In this document: one piece after another, positions 52,800 through 63,382 of the stretch | Layout of the letters: every line of letters starts with the position of its first letter | Position numbering within the stretch: position 1 is the stretch's first letter | From: a bacterium | GTDB taxonomy: Bacteria > Zhuqueibacterota > Zhuqueibacteria > Residuimicrobiales > Krinioviventaceae | NCBI GenBank assembly: GCA_963693055.1 | Contig: OY843751.1 | Location: 6,208,001-6,272,000, forward strand | Length of the DNA: 64,000 bases | Direction of reading: 5' to 3' | Made by a program: the position numbers and the translations under genes | The notes under the pieces: generated by a model | Seen by the model: the letters and a program-made list of their open reading frames with translations, nothing else | The model's database searches: none | What the model was told of the DNA's origin: nothing

Positions 52800-55700
52800 C
52801 TATTGTTTGGTAACTCCGATTGAAACGATTTCATCACCAATCTTCCAGTCTTTGGTAACGGTACCTTCAACCTTGCCAAGATCAATGGCATCTGCCAGGG
52901 TTTCGTTTGTAATATAATCGTTGAGATTTTTAATGGCAGTGCACATGTTGGGTGACGCCTGCGCGGTAATGCTGATTCGGTCTGTTACTTCAAATCCTGC
53001 ATCTTTACGCATATTTTGTACACGGTTCACAAACTCGCGGGCCAAACCCTCATACATCAGTTCTTCTGTAATGACGGTTTCAAGCGCCAGGGTCAGATCG
53101 CCTTCTGTATCTGCAACCAGGCCTTCTTTGTTTTCAGTCTCGATCTTGATATCTTCTTCAGTTAATATAGCTTCGTGACCGTCCACAACCAGGCGTTCGC
53201 CGCCGTTTTTCAGAATGCGATCAATTTCTGTGTCACCAAAGCTGCGAATGGCTTCTGCCGCGTTGTTTACTGCTTTGCCGAATTTGGGTCCCAGATTTTT
53301 GAAAATCGGCTGGGCCTTTTTAGATAGCAATTGAGACGCGTCATCAACAAATTTAATTTCTTTAACATTCAGTTCCTCAAGAATGAGGTTTTTCATGCTG
53401 TTAATGGCGTCACGACGTTTATCGGATTCTGCTACACACAGCAATGCAGAAAGCGGTTGTCTTACCTTGATAGCGGTTTCGTTACGCAATGCGCGGCCCA
53501 TATTTACAATGCGGCGTACCAGATCCATGCTGGATTCAAGTACTTCATCCGTATACTCGGCAGGAGCTTCACCGGTTTTCGGGAACATGCAGAGGTGAAC
53601 ACTGTCGCAGCTTTCAACCTGTTGTCCTGTTGTCAGGTCCCGGTATAATTCTTCTGAAATATAAGGCGCAAAGGGTGCCAGCATTTTAACCACAGTCAGC
53701 ATGGATTCGTACAGGGTTTGAAAAGCGGACAGCTTGTCGTGACCCATTTCCGATTTCCAAAACCGGCGACGACAACGACGTACATACCAGTTTGAGAGAT
53801 CGTCGATCATGAATTCTGAAATGGCGCGTGCCGCTTTGGTCAGATCAAATTTTTCAAGATTTGTATTCACGGTTCTGACCAGGGTAGCAAGCTTTGAGCT
53901 GATCCATCTGTCAATTTCCGCACGGTCCTGTACAGGAATCCGTTCGGCTGTATTATATACAAAATTATCAATATTGGCATACATGACAAAGAATGAATAG
54001 GTATTGAGCAGTGTGCCCAACAGTTTCCGGCTAACCTCATTTACACCGTCTTCATCAAAACGGGTAGGCAGCCAGGGAGGACTCACCGTCATCAGATACC
54101 AACGCAGGGCATCTGTACCGTATTTATCCATGACCTGGAACGGATCAACCGCGTTTCCACGGGATTTTGACATTTTTTGTCCGTCTTTATCCAGAATCAA
54201 TTCAAGAGAAATACAGGATTTATAAGCCGGTTCATCAAACAAAAAGGTACTGATTGCCAGCAGAGAATAGAACCAACCGCGGGTCTGGTCTACACCTTCG
54301 GAAATAAAATCCGCGGGAAAGCTCTTTTTAAACTTTTCCTTATTTTCAAAGGGATAGTGCCATTGCGCGTAGGGCATGCTGCCTGAATCGAACCAGCAGT
54401 CGATTACTTCGGGCACGCGTACCATTTTACTGCCGCACTTTTCACAAGCCCAGGTTACATCGTCAATGTGGGGTTTGTGCAGATCTATTTCTTTATCCGT
54501 ACCGGGCGCTTTTTCAATCAACTCTTCAACGCTGCCAATACAGTCCATATGATCACAATCGTTACAGCGCCAAACCGGCAGGGGAGTGCCCCAAAAGCGG
54601 TCACGTGACAATGCCCAGTCGATATTGTTTTCAAGCCATTCACCAAAACGTCCGGCTCCTACTTCTTTGGGAAACCAGTTGATCTTTTTATTGTTGGCTA
54701 TCAGTCTGTCTTTGATAGCGGTGGTGCGAATGTACCACGATTTACGTGCGTAATAGAGCAATGGAGAATCACAGCGCCAACAGTGCGGGTAACTGTGAGT
54801 TATTTTTTCAGTACGATAGAGAATATTTCGCTCTTTTAGATTGCGGATAATGCTCTTGTCCGCATCTTTAACAAATACACCGGCCCATTCGGTAACATCG
54901 CTGATAAATTTACCGCTCTTGTCAACAGGATGGATGACCGGCAGATCGTTTTTCATACCCACCTGATAATCGTCTTCACCAAAAGCAGGGGCAATATGTA
55001 CAATACCGGAACCATCGGTAGTGGTTACAAAGTCGGCCATAATGGTAAAATGAGCGCGTTTTTCAGGTTCTACAAAGTCAAAGAAAGGTTCATAATCGAT
55101 TCCTTTCAGATCAACGCCTTTGTACTCTTTTACGATTTCATAATCGCCTTCAAGAACCTGCAGGCGTTCACGAGCAAGGATAAGGAACTCATCGTTGTGT
55201 TTAACCTTTACATATTCCACATCGGGATGCAGGGCCAATGCAACGTTCGAGATCAGTGTCCAGGGGGTTGTGGTCCATACCAGAATGGATGTATTGGCCT
55301 GGTTTTTTATTTTTGCCTTTACAAAAACAGATGGATCATCGACTTCTTTATATCCCTGTGACACTTCATGACTGGAGAGCGGGGTCTCACAATGGGGACA
55401 GTAGGGTAAAATTTTGTACCCCAGATAGAGCATGTCTTTTTTCCAGAATTCTTTGAGAATCCACCAAACGGTTTCAATATAGTCATTGGTATAGGTGATA
55501 TAAGGATCATCCAGATCAACCCAGTATGCCATTCTACGGGTCAATTCATCCCAATCTTGTTTGTAATTCCAAACACTGGCTCTACATTTTTGATTAAAAG
55601 CACCAACACCAAAGTCAATAACTTCATCTTTGCGGTCAATGCCGAGCTGTTTTTCAACTTCAATTTCAACCGGTAGACCGTGAGTATCCCAACCTGCTTT

Positions 55701-55943
55701 TCTTTCCACACGGTAACCCTGCATGGTTTTCAAGCGGCAAACACAATCCTTAACCGATCTTGAAATAACATGGTGAATGCCGGGGCGTCCGTTTGCTGTG
55801 GGTGGGCCTTCAAAAAAGACATAGGAATTGTTTTCATCTCTTTCTTCAATGCTGCGTACAAAAATGTTTTCTTTTTCCCAAAATTCCCGAATTTCTTTTT
55901 CCATTTTTGGAAAATCGATTCTGGATGACACTTCTTTAAACAT
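52800..55943 (-). CDS. ileS: Isoleucine--tRNA ligase, type 2 (IleRS2)
   Basis: EGPPTANG, GWDTHGLP, WTTTPWTL, EGVDQTRGWF, KMSKS; type-2 C-terminus EGLAREFVNRVQ. Confidence 0.97.
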   Translation of the reverse strand: MFKEVSSRIDFPKMEKEIREFWEKENIFVRSIEERDENNSYVFFEGPPTANGRPGIHHVISRSVKDCVCRLKTMQGYRVERKAGWDTHGLPVEIEVEKQLGIDRKDEVIDFGVGAFNQKCRASVWNYKQDWDELTRRMAYWVDLDDPYITYTNDYIETVWWILKEFWKKDMLYLGYKILPYCPHCETPLSSHEVSQGYKEVDDPSVFVKAKIKNQANTSILVWTTTPWTLISNVALALHPDVEYVKVKHNDEFLILARERLQVLEGDYEIVKEYKGVDLKGIDYEPFFDFVEPEKRAHFTIMADFVTTTDGSGIVHIAPAFGEDDYQVGMKNDLPVIHPVDKSGKFISDVTEWAGVFVKDADKSIIRNLKERNILYRTEKITHSYPHCWRCDSPLLYYARKSWYIRTTAIKDRLIANNKKINWFPKEVGAGRFGEWLENNIDWALSRDRFWGTPLPVWRCNDCDHMDCIGSVEELIEKAPGTDKEIDLHKPHIDDVTWACEKCGSKMVRVPEVIDCWFDSGSMPYAQWHYPFENKEKFKKSFPADFISEGVDQTRGWFYSLLAISTFLFDEPAYKSCISLELILDKDGQKMSKSRGNAVDPFQVMDKYGTDALRWYLMTVSPPWLPTRFDEDGVNEVSRKLLGTLLNTYSFFVMYANIDNFVYNTAERIPVQDRAEIDRWISSKLATLVRTVNTNLEKFDLTKAARAISEFMIDDLSNWYVRRCRRRFWKSEMGHDKLSAFQTLYESMLTVVKMLAPFAPYISEELYRDLTTGQQVESCDSVHLCMFPKTGEAPAEYTDEVLESSMDLVRRIVNMGRALRNETAIKVRQPLSALLCVAESDKRRDAINSMKNLILEELNVKEIKFVDDASQLLSKKAQPIFKNLGPKFGKAVNNAAEAIRSFGDTEIDRILKNGGERLVVDGHEAILTEEDIKIETENKEGLVADTEGDLTLALETVITEELMYEGLAREFVNRVQNMRKDAGFEVTDRISITAQASPNMCTAIKNLNDYITNETLADAIDLGKVEGTVTKDWKIGDEIVSIGVTKQ

Positions 55944-55971
55944 AATAAGCTCTCTGTTCCTTGATTGTTTT

Positions 55972-56835
55972 TTATAAATATTTTTTCAGTATCGGCTCAA
56001 GTTTATTAACGGTTTCTGTGGGCCAGAGTTCCTTTGGCGTAATAAATGAATTGGCCAGTGCGTTTGCGCAGCTGCAATTCTGTTCTTTTGGCATGTTTTT
56101 TACTGCTTCTTTGATGATTTTTCTGGAAATATCTACATTGTGTTTCAGGTATTCCATAATCATATCGACTGAAACTGTTGAACCGGTTTCTTCTTCATAC
56201 CAGCAGTCATAGTCGGTTATCATTGCCAGAGTTGCGTAACAGATTTCAGCTTCGCGTGCAAGTTTTGCCTCGTTAATCTGGGTCATGCCTACAACATCCA
56301 TGCCCCATTTGCGATATGTTTGCGACTCTGCCAACGTTGAAAAAGCGGGTCCTTCTATGTTGATATATGTACCACCATAATGAGTAGTCGCACCGGATTC
56401 GTTTCCCGCATCCAGCAAAACCTTGCCCAGCGTATTGCACAGAGGCTTTGCGAACTGGATGTGCGAGACAATACCCTCGCCAAAAAACGTATTTTGTCTG
56501 CCCTGATTTGTACGATCAAAGAACTGATCGATAATAACCACATCCTGTGGTTTATAATCTGGTCTGAGTGAGCCCACGGCAGAAACGGAGATGATCCATT
56601 TTACATCCAAACTTTTCATGGCAAAAATATTTGCCTTGTAATTCAATTCCGTAGGCAAAATACGGTGACCTCTGCCATGACGGGCCAAAAAGATAACCTC
56701 TCTGCCTTCCAATTCACCTATACGAAGGGCATCAGAAGGTTTGCCAAAGGGAGTATCAATTTCAATTTCTTTAGTGATTTTCAGGCCTTCTATTTCATAC
56801 AGCCCGGTACCGCCGATAATTCCAATTTTTGACAT
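55972..56835 (-). CDS. mtnP: S-methyl-5'-thioadenosine phosphorylase
   Basis: IIGGTGLY, TPFGKPS, LARHG, SAVGSL, EGPAFST.AES, VGMT, TDYDCW. Confidence 0.93.
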   Translation of the reverse strand: MSKIGIIGGTGLYEIEGLKITKEIEIDTPFGKPSDALRIGELEGREVIFLARHGRGHRILPTELNYKANIFAMKSLDVKWIISVSAVGSLRPDYKPQDVVIIDQFFDRTNQGRQNTFFGEGIVSHIQFAKPLCNTLGKVLLDAGNESGATTHYGGTYINIEGPAFSTLAESQTYRKWGMDVVGMTQINEAKLAREAEICYATLAMITDYDCWYEEETGSTVSVDMIMEYLKHNVDISRKIIKEAVKNMPKEQNCSCANALANSFITPKELWPTETVNKLEPILKKYL

Positions 56836-56846
56836 TTTTCAGTCCA

Positions 56847-57686
56847 TTATATGATTTTTAATAATTTCCCAATTAACTCTGATAGCTGTTTTACCAGTTT
56901 TTGAGCGTTTTGGGATACCATTTTTTTATCTACTTTTTGTAACTGTGTTCCGGGCAATGTCTGGTCGGTTACTGCTGTAAGCGCTATCACATTCATGTTT
57001 AATTGCCGTGCTGTGAGAACTTCTGGTACAACAGACATGCCAATTGTATCTATTCCAAATTTTTGCAATGCAGAAATTTCTGCATTCGAAGGCAGTGAAG
57101 GTCCTGAAAGGCCGGCAAAAACGGTTTTCGGAATTGCAGCATCACTGCATGATAATAGTTTTTTCAAGAGTTCAGGTGAATAGGCGTCACTCATATCTGT
57201 AAAGCGTTCGCCCATAAACGTATTGTACTCTCCAATTAAGGGATTGTCTCCCATCATATTGATATGGTCTGTTACCACCGCTAGTGTACCGGGTTTTAGG
57301 GATGGATTGATACTACCCGCGGCGTGAGTGATAATCAGATTTTCAATACCAAGGTTTTTTAAAACGCGAATTGGCAGTGTGATTTGCCGCATGGCCAGGC
57401 CTTCGTAATAATGATAGCGGCCATTCATGACAATTATTGGAACATTGTTGATTTTACCATGCAGCCATTGTGATGCATGAAAAGAAACGCTGGATTCAGG
57501 AAAATGGGGAATGTCTCTATATGGAATTTTGGCAGAAACATTCACGATATCTGTTAAACGACCTAAACCGGACCCAATAATGAGACCGGTTTTAGGATCG
57601 TCTTGTAGAAAAGATTTTATAAAGGCACATGCTTTTAGAATGTGTCGGTTCAGGGTGCCGGTTTGGTTCGTTTTATTTTTCCTCAA
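56847..57686 (-). CDS. Purine-nucleoside phosphorylase (trimeric family), divergent base-binding residues
   Basis: IIGSGLG, IPYRDIPHFP, GRYHYYEG, DHINMMGDNPLIG, RFTDMSDAY, GMS..PE. Confidence 0.82.
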   Translation of the reverse strand: MRKNKTNQTGTLNRHILKACAFIKSFLQDDPKTGLIIGSGLGRLTDIVNVSAKIPYRDIPHFPESSVSFHASQWLHGKINNVPIIVMNGRYHYYEGLAMRQITLPIRVLKNLGIENLIITHAAGSINPSLKPGTLAVVTDHINMMGDNPLIGEYNTFMGERFTDMSDAYSPELLKKLLSCSDAAIPKTVFAGLSGPSLPSNAEISALQKFGIDTIGMSVVPEVLTARQLNMNVIALTAVTDQTLPGTQLQKVDKKMVSQNAQKLVKQLSELIGKLLKII

Positions 57687-58353
57687 CCTTTTTACGTAAT
57701 TTTTCTATTTCTGCTTCCTGGTCTTCACGTTCTTTTTTTAGTTTTTCCAATTCCATCTGGACACGTTTTTGTTTTTCAATTTCTTCTTCTACACCGTTCA
57801 GGCTTTTACCCGCTCTTGCAAGGCGAATGCTGTCAACCGCATCAAGTTTGTCTTTTTTGCTGCCTACACGGGAAAACAACCAGGCGCCAAGAACGGTGCC
57901 TGCAGCGGTACCCGAAAGAATGATGGGATCTTCAATATCATCACTGGAGGATTTGGCAATCATACTGCTTAGAAAAAAGCTGGCTCCTGCGGATACCAAG
58001 CCACCGCTTATTGTATATGTCCAGAATTTCTTGTTTGTTTTAACGGCCTCAATTTCTTTTTCGCTGATTAAAGCTTGTTTTGCATCGTAATAGGGCTGAG
58101 GACCGCTGATTTCGGCTACCTGACTTTTTTGTACATCTGTGCTGGTACGAGATTCCGGATTAAATATAGATACGGTTTGCTCGTTTACCGATTGAATCAG
58201 TCCATTTACGGTTTGGCCGGTTGTTAATTTTATAGAAACAGTTTGTTCTTTTTGTAACGTGTTTTTGTTTAACGCAACCTGGTTACTGCATCCTGCAGCC
58301 AGAAACATGAATACCAGTGCTGAAACTGCAGTACAACGGAGGAGTTTTGTCAT
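57673..58353 (-). CDS. Hypothetical lipoprotein with two hydrophobic segments and a coiled-coil tail
   Basis: AAGC lipobox, AAGGAG RBS, located inside the operon. Confidence 0.7.
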   Translation of the reverse strand: MTKLLRCTAVSALVFMFLAAGCSNQVALNKNTLQKEQTVSIKLTTGQTVNGLIQSVNEQTVSIFNPESRTSTDVQKSQVAEISGPQPYYDAKQALISEKEIEAVKTNKKFWTYTISGGLVSAGASFFLSSMIAKSSSDDIEDPIILSGTAAGTVLGAWLFSRVGSKKDKLDAVDSIRLARAGKSLNGVEEEIEKQKRVQMELEKLKKEREDQEAEIEKLRKKVEEK

Positions 58354-58384
58354 AAGTGTCTCCTTTTGATATAATATTCAACTC

Positions 58385-59056
58385 TTAACGAATAAATTCA
58401 TTCGAAGACGGGTCCTGATTCTGTTGATTATCAGGGTGTTGTTGTTCACCCGTCCTTACTCCCTGCCCGGGATTATCAGTATTTCTGATAATAGGAGGCT
58501 GTTGTTTCCGTTGTTCCCCCTGTCCCTGGCCTGCTTGCTCTCTTTGATTCGCAGACATTTCTTCCTGTCTGCGCTGCGCGCGTGCCCGGCGCGGGTCCAT
58601 CTCATCGTCATCCATTTCGAGAACTTCTAACAGCTCAATTTGAGATCCCAACAAATGACGCAGCCGGTTTGAAAAAGACTCTTTTTGGGCCCTTACCATA
58701 TGGGCTTCGTTGCGTAAACGCATCAGTTCTTCTTTGGCATCTTTGATGATATTTTCGGCTTGTAATTCTGCTTCGTGAATAATGATCTCGGCTTCACGTT
58801 TGGAATTGGCCTTTGTATCTTCAATTGTATTTTGCGCCTTGACTAATGTGTCGCGTAAAGTGTTTTCAACCTGTTGGTAATCTTTTAACTGAGTACGAAG
58901 TTTAATGGCTTCGTCGTTCAACTGGTTTTTTTCCCGGATCATCAGTTCAAACTCATCCGCCACCATTGTAAGAAATGCTTCTACCTCATCCGGATCAAAG
59001 CCTCTCATACTCCGTTTGAATTCTTGTTTTCGGATATCTAATGGTGTTAGTTTCAC
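58385..59056 (-). CDS. divIVA: DivIVA-domain protein
   Basis: MKLTPLDIRKQEFKRSMRGFDPDEVEAFL followed by a coiled coil and Q-rich tail. Confidence 0.88.
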   Translation of the reverse strand: MKLTPLDIRKQEFKRSMRGFDPDEVEAFLTMVADEFELMIREKNQLNDEAIKLRTQLKDYQQVENTLRDTLVKAQNTIEDTKANSKREAEIIIHEAELQAENIIKDAKEELMRLRNEAHMVRAQKESFSNRLRHLLGSQIELLEVLEMDDDEMDPRRARAQRRQEEMSANQREQAGQGQGEQRKQQPPIIRNTDNPGQGVRTGEQQHPDNQQNQDPSSNEFIR

Positions 59057-59078
59057 AACAGTTCTCCACTTTATTATA

Positions 59079-59369
59079 CTAAAAAGATGCGATTTGGCGT
59101 AAAGTCATAATTAAAAATCTATTCAAGAACATTAACGCAAAAATCAGAATTATAGGTGAAAGATCCATACCACCCACAACAACCGGAAGGTTTTTTCGTA
59201 TCCACAACAGGGGTGGATCCGTTATTCTGTTAACAAACTGTACAATCTGGTTATAGGGATTCGGATTAAACCATGACATAAGGGCTCTAGCAACCACAAT
59301 ATACATATACAATGTGATTGCAAGGTTTAATATTTCAGCTATGGCTGCTATAAAATTTGTAAAAATCAT
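59079..59369 (-). CDS. yggT: YggT family membrane protein
   Basis: ALMSWFNPNPYN...TDP.L..IR...GGMDLSPI. Confidence 0.9.
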   Translation of the reverse strand: MIFTNFIAAIAEILNLAITLYMYIVVARALMSWFNPNPYNQIVQFVNRITDPPLLWIRKNLPVVVGGMDLSPIILIFALMFLNRFLIMTLRQIASF

Positions 59370-59377
59370 TTTATTAC

Positions 59378-60064
59378 CTAATACTTTCTTTCTCCAAACA
59401 ACGCTCTACCTATTCGAACATGGGTTGCGCCTTCCTGAATGGCGATTGGAAAATCATTTGTCATTCCCATAGACAGATATTTAATCGGTTCAATGATTTC
59501 TAACCGGTTTATTTGCTCACGTAGATCGAATAATTTTTTAAAACCGGGTCTTACTTGTTCTACATCAGAAAGAAACGCTCCAATAGTCATCAAGCCGGCT
59601 ATATGAATGTTATTCAAATGCCTGATTTGCGTAACAAAGGATTCAAGTTCTTTTGGATGTATACCAAACTTGCTTTCTTCCCCGGATGTGTTTACCTGTA
59701 TAAAAATATCGATCTTTCGATCGAGTAGTTGAGCCTGTTTATCAATTTCAAAAGCCAAATGAACAGAATCTACAGCTTCAATTACATCAAAGATCTGGAG
59801 TGCTTTTTTTACCTTGTTCGTTTGAAGATGCCCAATGAAATGCCATTTCAGATCATCAGAGATCTGTTGGTGTTTGGATTCAGCATCTTGTATTCGATTC
59901 TCGCCAATGATCTGCACACCGGCCTTTATAGCTTCCCGGATAACCGGCACATCTACTGTTTTTGACACAGCAACCAGGTTAACATCATCCACGTTTCGCT
60001 GGCATTGGGTACATGTATTATGTATTTGATCCTGAATTTTCAGGAAATTATCTCTTATGTCCAT
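59378..60064 (-). CDS. yggS: PLP homeostasis protein (YggS/PLPBP)
   Basis: LVAVSK, GENRIQ, WHFIGHLQTNK, GLMTI, LSMGMTND, VRIGRALFG. Confidence 0.95.
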   Translation of the reverse strand: MDIRDNFLKIQDQIHNTCTQCQRNVDDVNLVAVSKTVDVPVIREAIKAGVQIIGENRIQDAESKHQQISDDLKWHFIGHLQTNKVKKALQIFDVIEAVDSVHLAFEIDKQAQLLDRKIDIFIQVNTSGEESKFGIHPKELESFVTQIRHLNNIHIAGLMTIGAFLSDVEQVRPGFKKLFDLREQINRLEIIEPIKYLSMGMTNDFPIAIQEGATHVRIGRALFGERKY

Positions 60065-60226
60065 AATAAAGAGCTAGTTAAGCCATCAATATAAATCATC
60101 GGTGTATAAAAAGCAATAGAATTCTTTCTTTATAATGTACGAAAAGAATCTTGATTTATCAATTTATTTTCCTTACTTTTACCGGTTCGTTTGTAATGAG
60201 TTGGTTTATGAAAAAGACGGGGCAAC

Positions 60227-62128
60227 ATGTCAGATTTTAAACCGTATGTACCTGCTGAAACAGAAATGCGTGACTTTACTCTCAAAGCTGTAATTGCTGG
60301 AATTGTTTTTGGCATTATTTTCGGTTCTGCAAATGCATATTTGGGTTTACGTGTAGGACTAACCATCAGTACCGCAATACCCCTTGCAGTTGTTTCTGTA
60401 GCCGTGTTTCGTCTGTTAAAGCCGTTGCTGGGGCCCTCTACTATTTTAGAACATAATATTTCCCAAACCACAGGTTCTGCCAGTTCTTCACTTGCCTCGG
60501 GTATTATTTTTACTATACCTGCGTTGTTTTTGTGGGGATTTGATCCTTCACTTTTGCAGATTGGTGTGCTTGCCATGATGGGTGGCGTTTTGGGTGTGTT
60601 GTTTATGATTCCCCTGCGTCGTTTTTTAATCGTAAAAGAGCATCAATCCCTGCCGTATCCGGAAGGGACTGCCAGTGCCCAGGTGCTGATAGCTGCCGAT
60701 GCCGGTGGCGCGCGGGCAAAGAATGTGTTTTGGGGATTAGGAATTGGCGCGTTATATAAAGCGTTTACCGGGTTTTTTAAATTATGGCCCGAATCTTTGA
60801 GTTTAAAATTACCCTTTATGCGTAAAGCAGAAGTGGGCCTTGACGCGGGTCCCGCTTTGATGGGTGTAGGATATATATTGGGATACCGGGTTTCTGCTAT
60901 AATGGTTGCCGGAGGATTGCTCTCTTGGGTTGGGCTAATACCCCTTATTGATCTTTTTGGCCGGGATCTGACAAGCCCTCTGTTCCCTGAAACCACAAAA
61001 TTGATTGCTGACATGTCTCCCGGTGAAATCTGGACCCGTTACATTCGTTACATTGGAGCCGGTGCTGTTGCGTTTGCTGGAATTATTACCGTAATAAAAT
61101 CCATACCAACCATGTACAGTTCTCTTAAAATCGGTTTGAATGAACTGCGTGCAGGATCAAGTGCTAATGTTGCAAAGCCTATCCGAACAGACCATGATTT
61201 GTCTATGATAGTTGTGATGATTGGCGCTCTGGTTGTAGCGTTGGCAATTATTGTAACGCCGCATGTACTGGGTGTTGGCTCTACGTTTTTAGTCAGGCTT
61301 TTGGGTGCGGTGTGTATTGCAATATTTGCGTTCATGTTTGTAACCGTATCTGCACGAATTGTAGGGTTGGTAGGTGTTTCTTCTAATCCCACTTCAGGTA
61401 TGACTATTGTAACTTTGTTGGGAACAAGTTTGATCTTTTACGCGTTAGGTTGGACAGATGACTTTGGTAAAGCTGCGGTTTTAACTATTGGTACGGTTGT
61501 TTGCGTGGCTGCATCCATTGCCGGAGATATCTCTCAAGATTTAAAGTGCGGTTATTTGATAGGGTCTACTCCACGAAAGCAGCAAACTGCGGAATTGATA
61601 GGCGCGGTTACTTCGGCATTTTTCATTGCCGGCGCGGTTTGGCTTTTAGGCAGGGCTTATACTTTTGGTTCTGTTGATCTGCCTGCACCGCAAGCCACGT
61701 TAATGAAAACCGTGATTGAAGGCGTGCTTCAGGCGGACCTGCCCTGGGGCCTGGTGATGACCGGTGCGGCTATAGCAGGTGTTGCGGAATTACTGGGAAC
61801 CCCATCGCTGCCGTTTGCGGTTGGAATTTATCTGCCATTGTCCGCAATGACACCGGTGTTTGTTGGTGGAGTGATTCGGTATTTTATGGAAAAACAGGCA
61901 AAATCAGAAGAAGAAAAAGAGAGCAGGAAAGAACAAGGCATTTTGATGGGATCCGGGCTTATTGCCGGTGAGGGTATTATGGGTGTTTTTATCGCTGCAT
62001 ATGCTTTTTTTGCGGGAAAGCCCCAGGGCATAGGACTCAACTGGCCCGAACCGGTGGGTCAACTGGTCTCACTGGCCGTATTTACGCTTTTGGGTTTTGG
62101 TTTGATCAAAGTGGCAAAGAGAAGATAA
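60227..62128 (+). CDS. OPT-family oligopeptide transporter
   Basis: ANAYLGLRVG, LPYPEGTA, SSNPTSG, QDLKCGYLIG, LPAPQATLM, SGLIAGEG. Confidence 0.92.
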   Translation: MSDFKPYVPAETEMRDFTLKAVIAGIVFGIIFGSANAYLGLRVGLTISTAIPLAVVSVAVFRLLKPLLGPSTILEHNISQTTGSASSSLASGIIFTIPALFLWGFDPSLLQIGVLAMMGGVLGVLFMIPLRRFLIVKEHQSLPYPEGTASAQVLIAADAGGARAKNVFWGLGIGALYKAFTGFFKLWPESLSLKLPFMRKAEVGLDAGPALMGVGYILGYRVSAIMVAGGLLSWVGLIPLIDLFGRDLTSPLFPETTKLIADMSPGEIWTRYIRYIGAGAVAFAGIITVIKSIPTMYSSLKIGLNELRAGSSANVAKPIRTDHDLSMIVVMIGALVVALAIIVTPHVLGVGSTFLVRLLGAVCIAIFAFMFVTVSARIVGLVGVSSNPTSGMTIVTLLGTSLIFYALGWTDDFGKAAVLTIGTVVCVAASIAGDISQDLKCGYLIGSTPRKQQTAELIGAVTSAFFIAGAVWLLGRAYTFGSVDLPAPQATLMKTVIEGVLQADLPWGLVMTGAAIAGVAELLGTPSLPFAVGIYLPLSAMTPVFVGGVIRYFMEKQAKSEEEKESRKEQGILMGSGLIAGEGIMGVFIAAYAFFAGKPQGIGLNWPEPVGQLVSLAVFTLLGFGLIKVAKRR

Positions 62129-62148
62129 AGTATCAAATTAGGATTATT

Positions 62149-63369
62149 ATGGAAAAAAAACTGATTAACATTTTAGATTTTTTTATAGTATTATTAAAAT
62201 GGAAAAAATTTTTAATTATTAATTTTATTTTAATTTCAATTGTATCGATTGTGTTCAGTTTAATTGTACCGCGTTGGTATCGTTCATATTCCGTAATTAT
62301 GAGTCCAGAAGGAGACGGGGATGGGTTAAGTATTTCATCCTTAATAAGCAATGCTTTGCCTGTTGGTGGTATGTTGGGAGGGGCAGGAACGTCTTCTGAA
62401 GCCATACGTTTTATTGCAATAGTAAATAGTCGCACAATGATGGAAGATATTGCAAAACAATTTAACTTGCAGGAACGGTATAAAACTATAAATCTTGAAA
62501 GGACAGTTAAAGCTCTACGGAATAGAGTCTTTACAGAGGTTAATGAAGATGGAACAATTACGATTAGTACATTAACGAAAACTTCATTTTTTTTGTCTCA
62601 GGAAAAAGATGATGAAGCAAGAAGACTTGCAATGGATATGACAACTTATATCGTGAAAAAATTAGATCAGTTGAATATAGAGTTAAATGGTGAAAAAGCT
62701 ACTAATTCTAGATCATTTATTGAAAAGAGATACTTGCAAACCCTTAAAGACCTTGAAACGGCAGAAGAAAACCTCAAAATGTTTCAGAAAGAATACGGAG
62801 TGATATCTTTAGAAGAGCAAACTTTGGCAACAATCAATACAGTTGCAGAATTAAAGGGGCAAATAATTGCAAAAGAAATAGAAGCCAAAGTATTGGAAAA
62901 TTATGTAGGCAGAGATCATATTGATTTTAAAAAAGCACAAAGCGTTCTCGCTGCATTGAATGAACAATATAATGCATTGACAATTGATAATCCCAATTCC
63001 AAAGTTTTAAAAAGTGATCAGGTATTAATTAATATTGGACAAATGCCAGATTTAGGCTTGCAATATTTGCGTTTGTTCAGAGAAGTTAAGCTCCAGGAAG
63101 CAATTTTAGAATTTATTTTGCCCCAATATGAAAATGCAAAAATTCAGGAGCAAAAAGAAATACCAACTTTACAAGTGTTAGACAAAGCGAATTACCCGAT
63201 AAAACGAGCAAAACCAAAGAGAGGTATGTTGGTAATTTTTGTTGTTTTTTTTAGTATGATCTTGTCAGTGATTTATATTTTTGTTTTTGAGCAAATAAAC
63301 TTGTACAAGGAAAACAAATCTCCTGCATATGAAAAAGTAATAAAATTAAGGCAACTGCTCAGGTTTTGA
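62149..63369 (+). CDS. Polysaccharide chain-length determinant (Wzz/GumC-like)
   Basis: N- and C-terminal TM helices around a coiled coil; QVLDKANYP...KPKR; AT-rich. Confidence 0.85.
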   Translation: MEKKLINILDFFIVLLKWKKFLIINFILISIVSIVFSLIVPRWYRSYSVIMSPEGDGDGLSISSLISNALPVGGMLGGAGTSSEAIRFIAIVNSRTMMEDIAKQFNLQERYKTINLERTVKALRNRVFTEVNEDGTITISTLTKTSFFLSQEKDDEARRLAMDMTTYIVKKLDQLNIELNGEKATNSRSFIEKRYLQTLKDLETAEENLKMFQKEYGVISLEEQTLATINTVAELKGQIIAKEIEAKVLENYVGRDHIDFKKAQSVLAALNEQYNALTIDNPNSKVLKSDQVLINIGQMPDLGLQYLRLFREVKLQEAILEFILPQYENAKIQEQKEIPTLQVLDKANYPIKRAKPKRGMLVIFVVFFSMILSVIYIFVFEQINLYKENKSPAYEKVIKLRQLLRF

Positions 63370-63382
63370 TCAGTTTTTTCTA

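Noticed and set aside
55944-55971. T-box or other leader upstream of ileS
   Set aside because: The intergenic gap is under 30 bp and ileS is internal to the operon.
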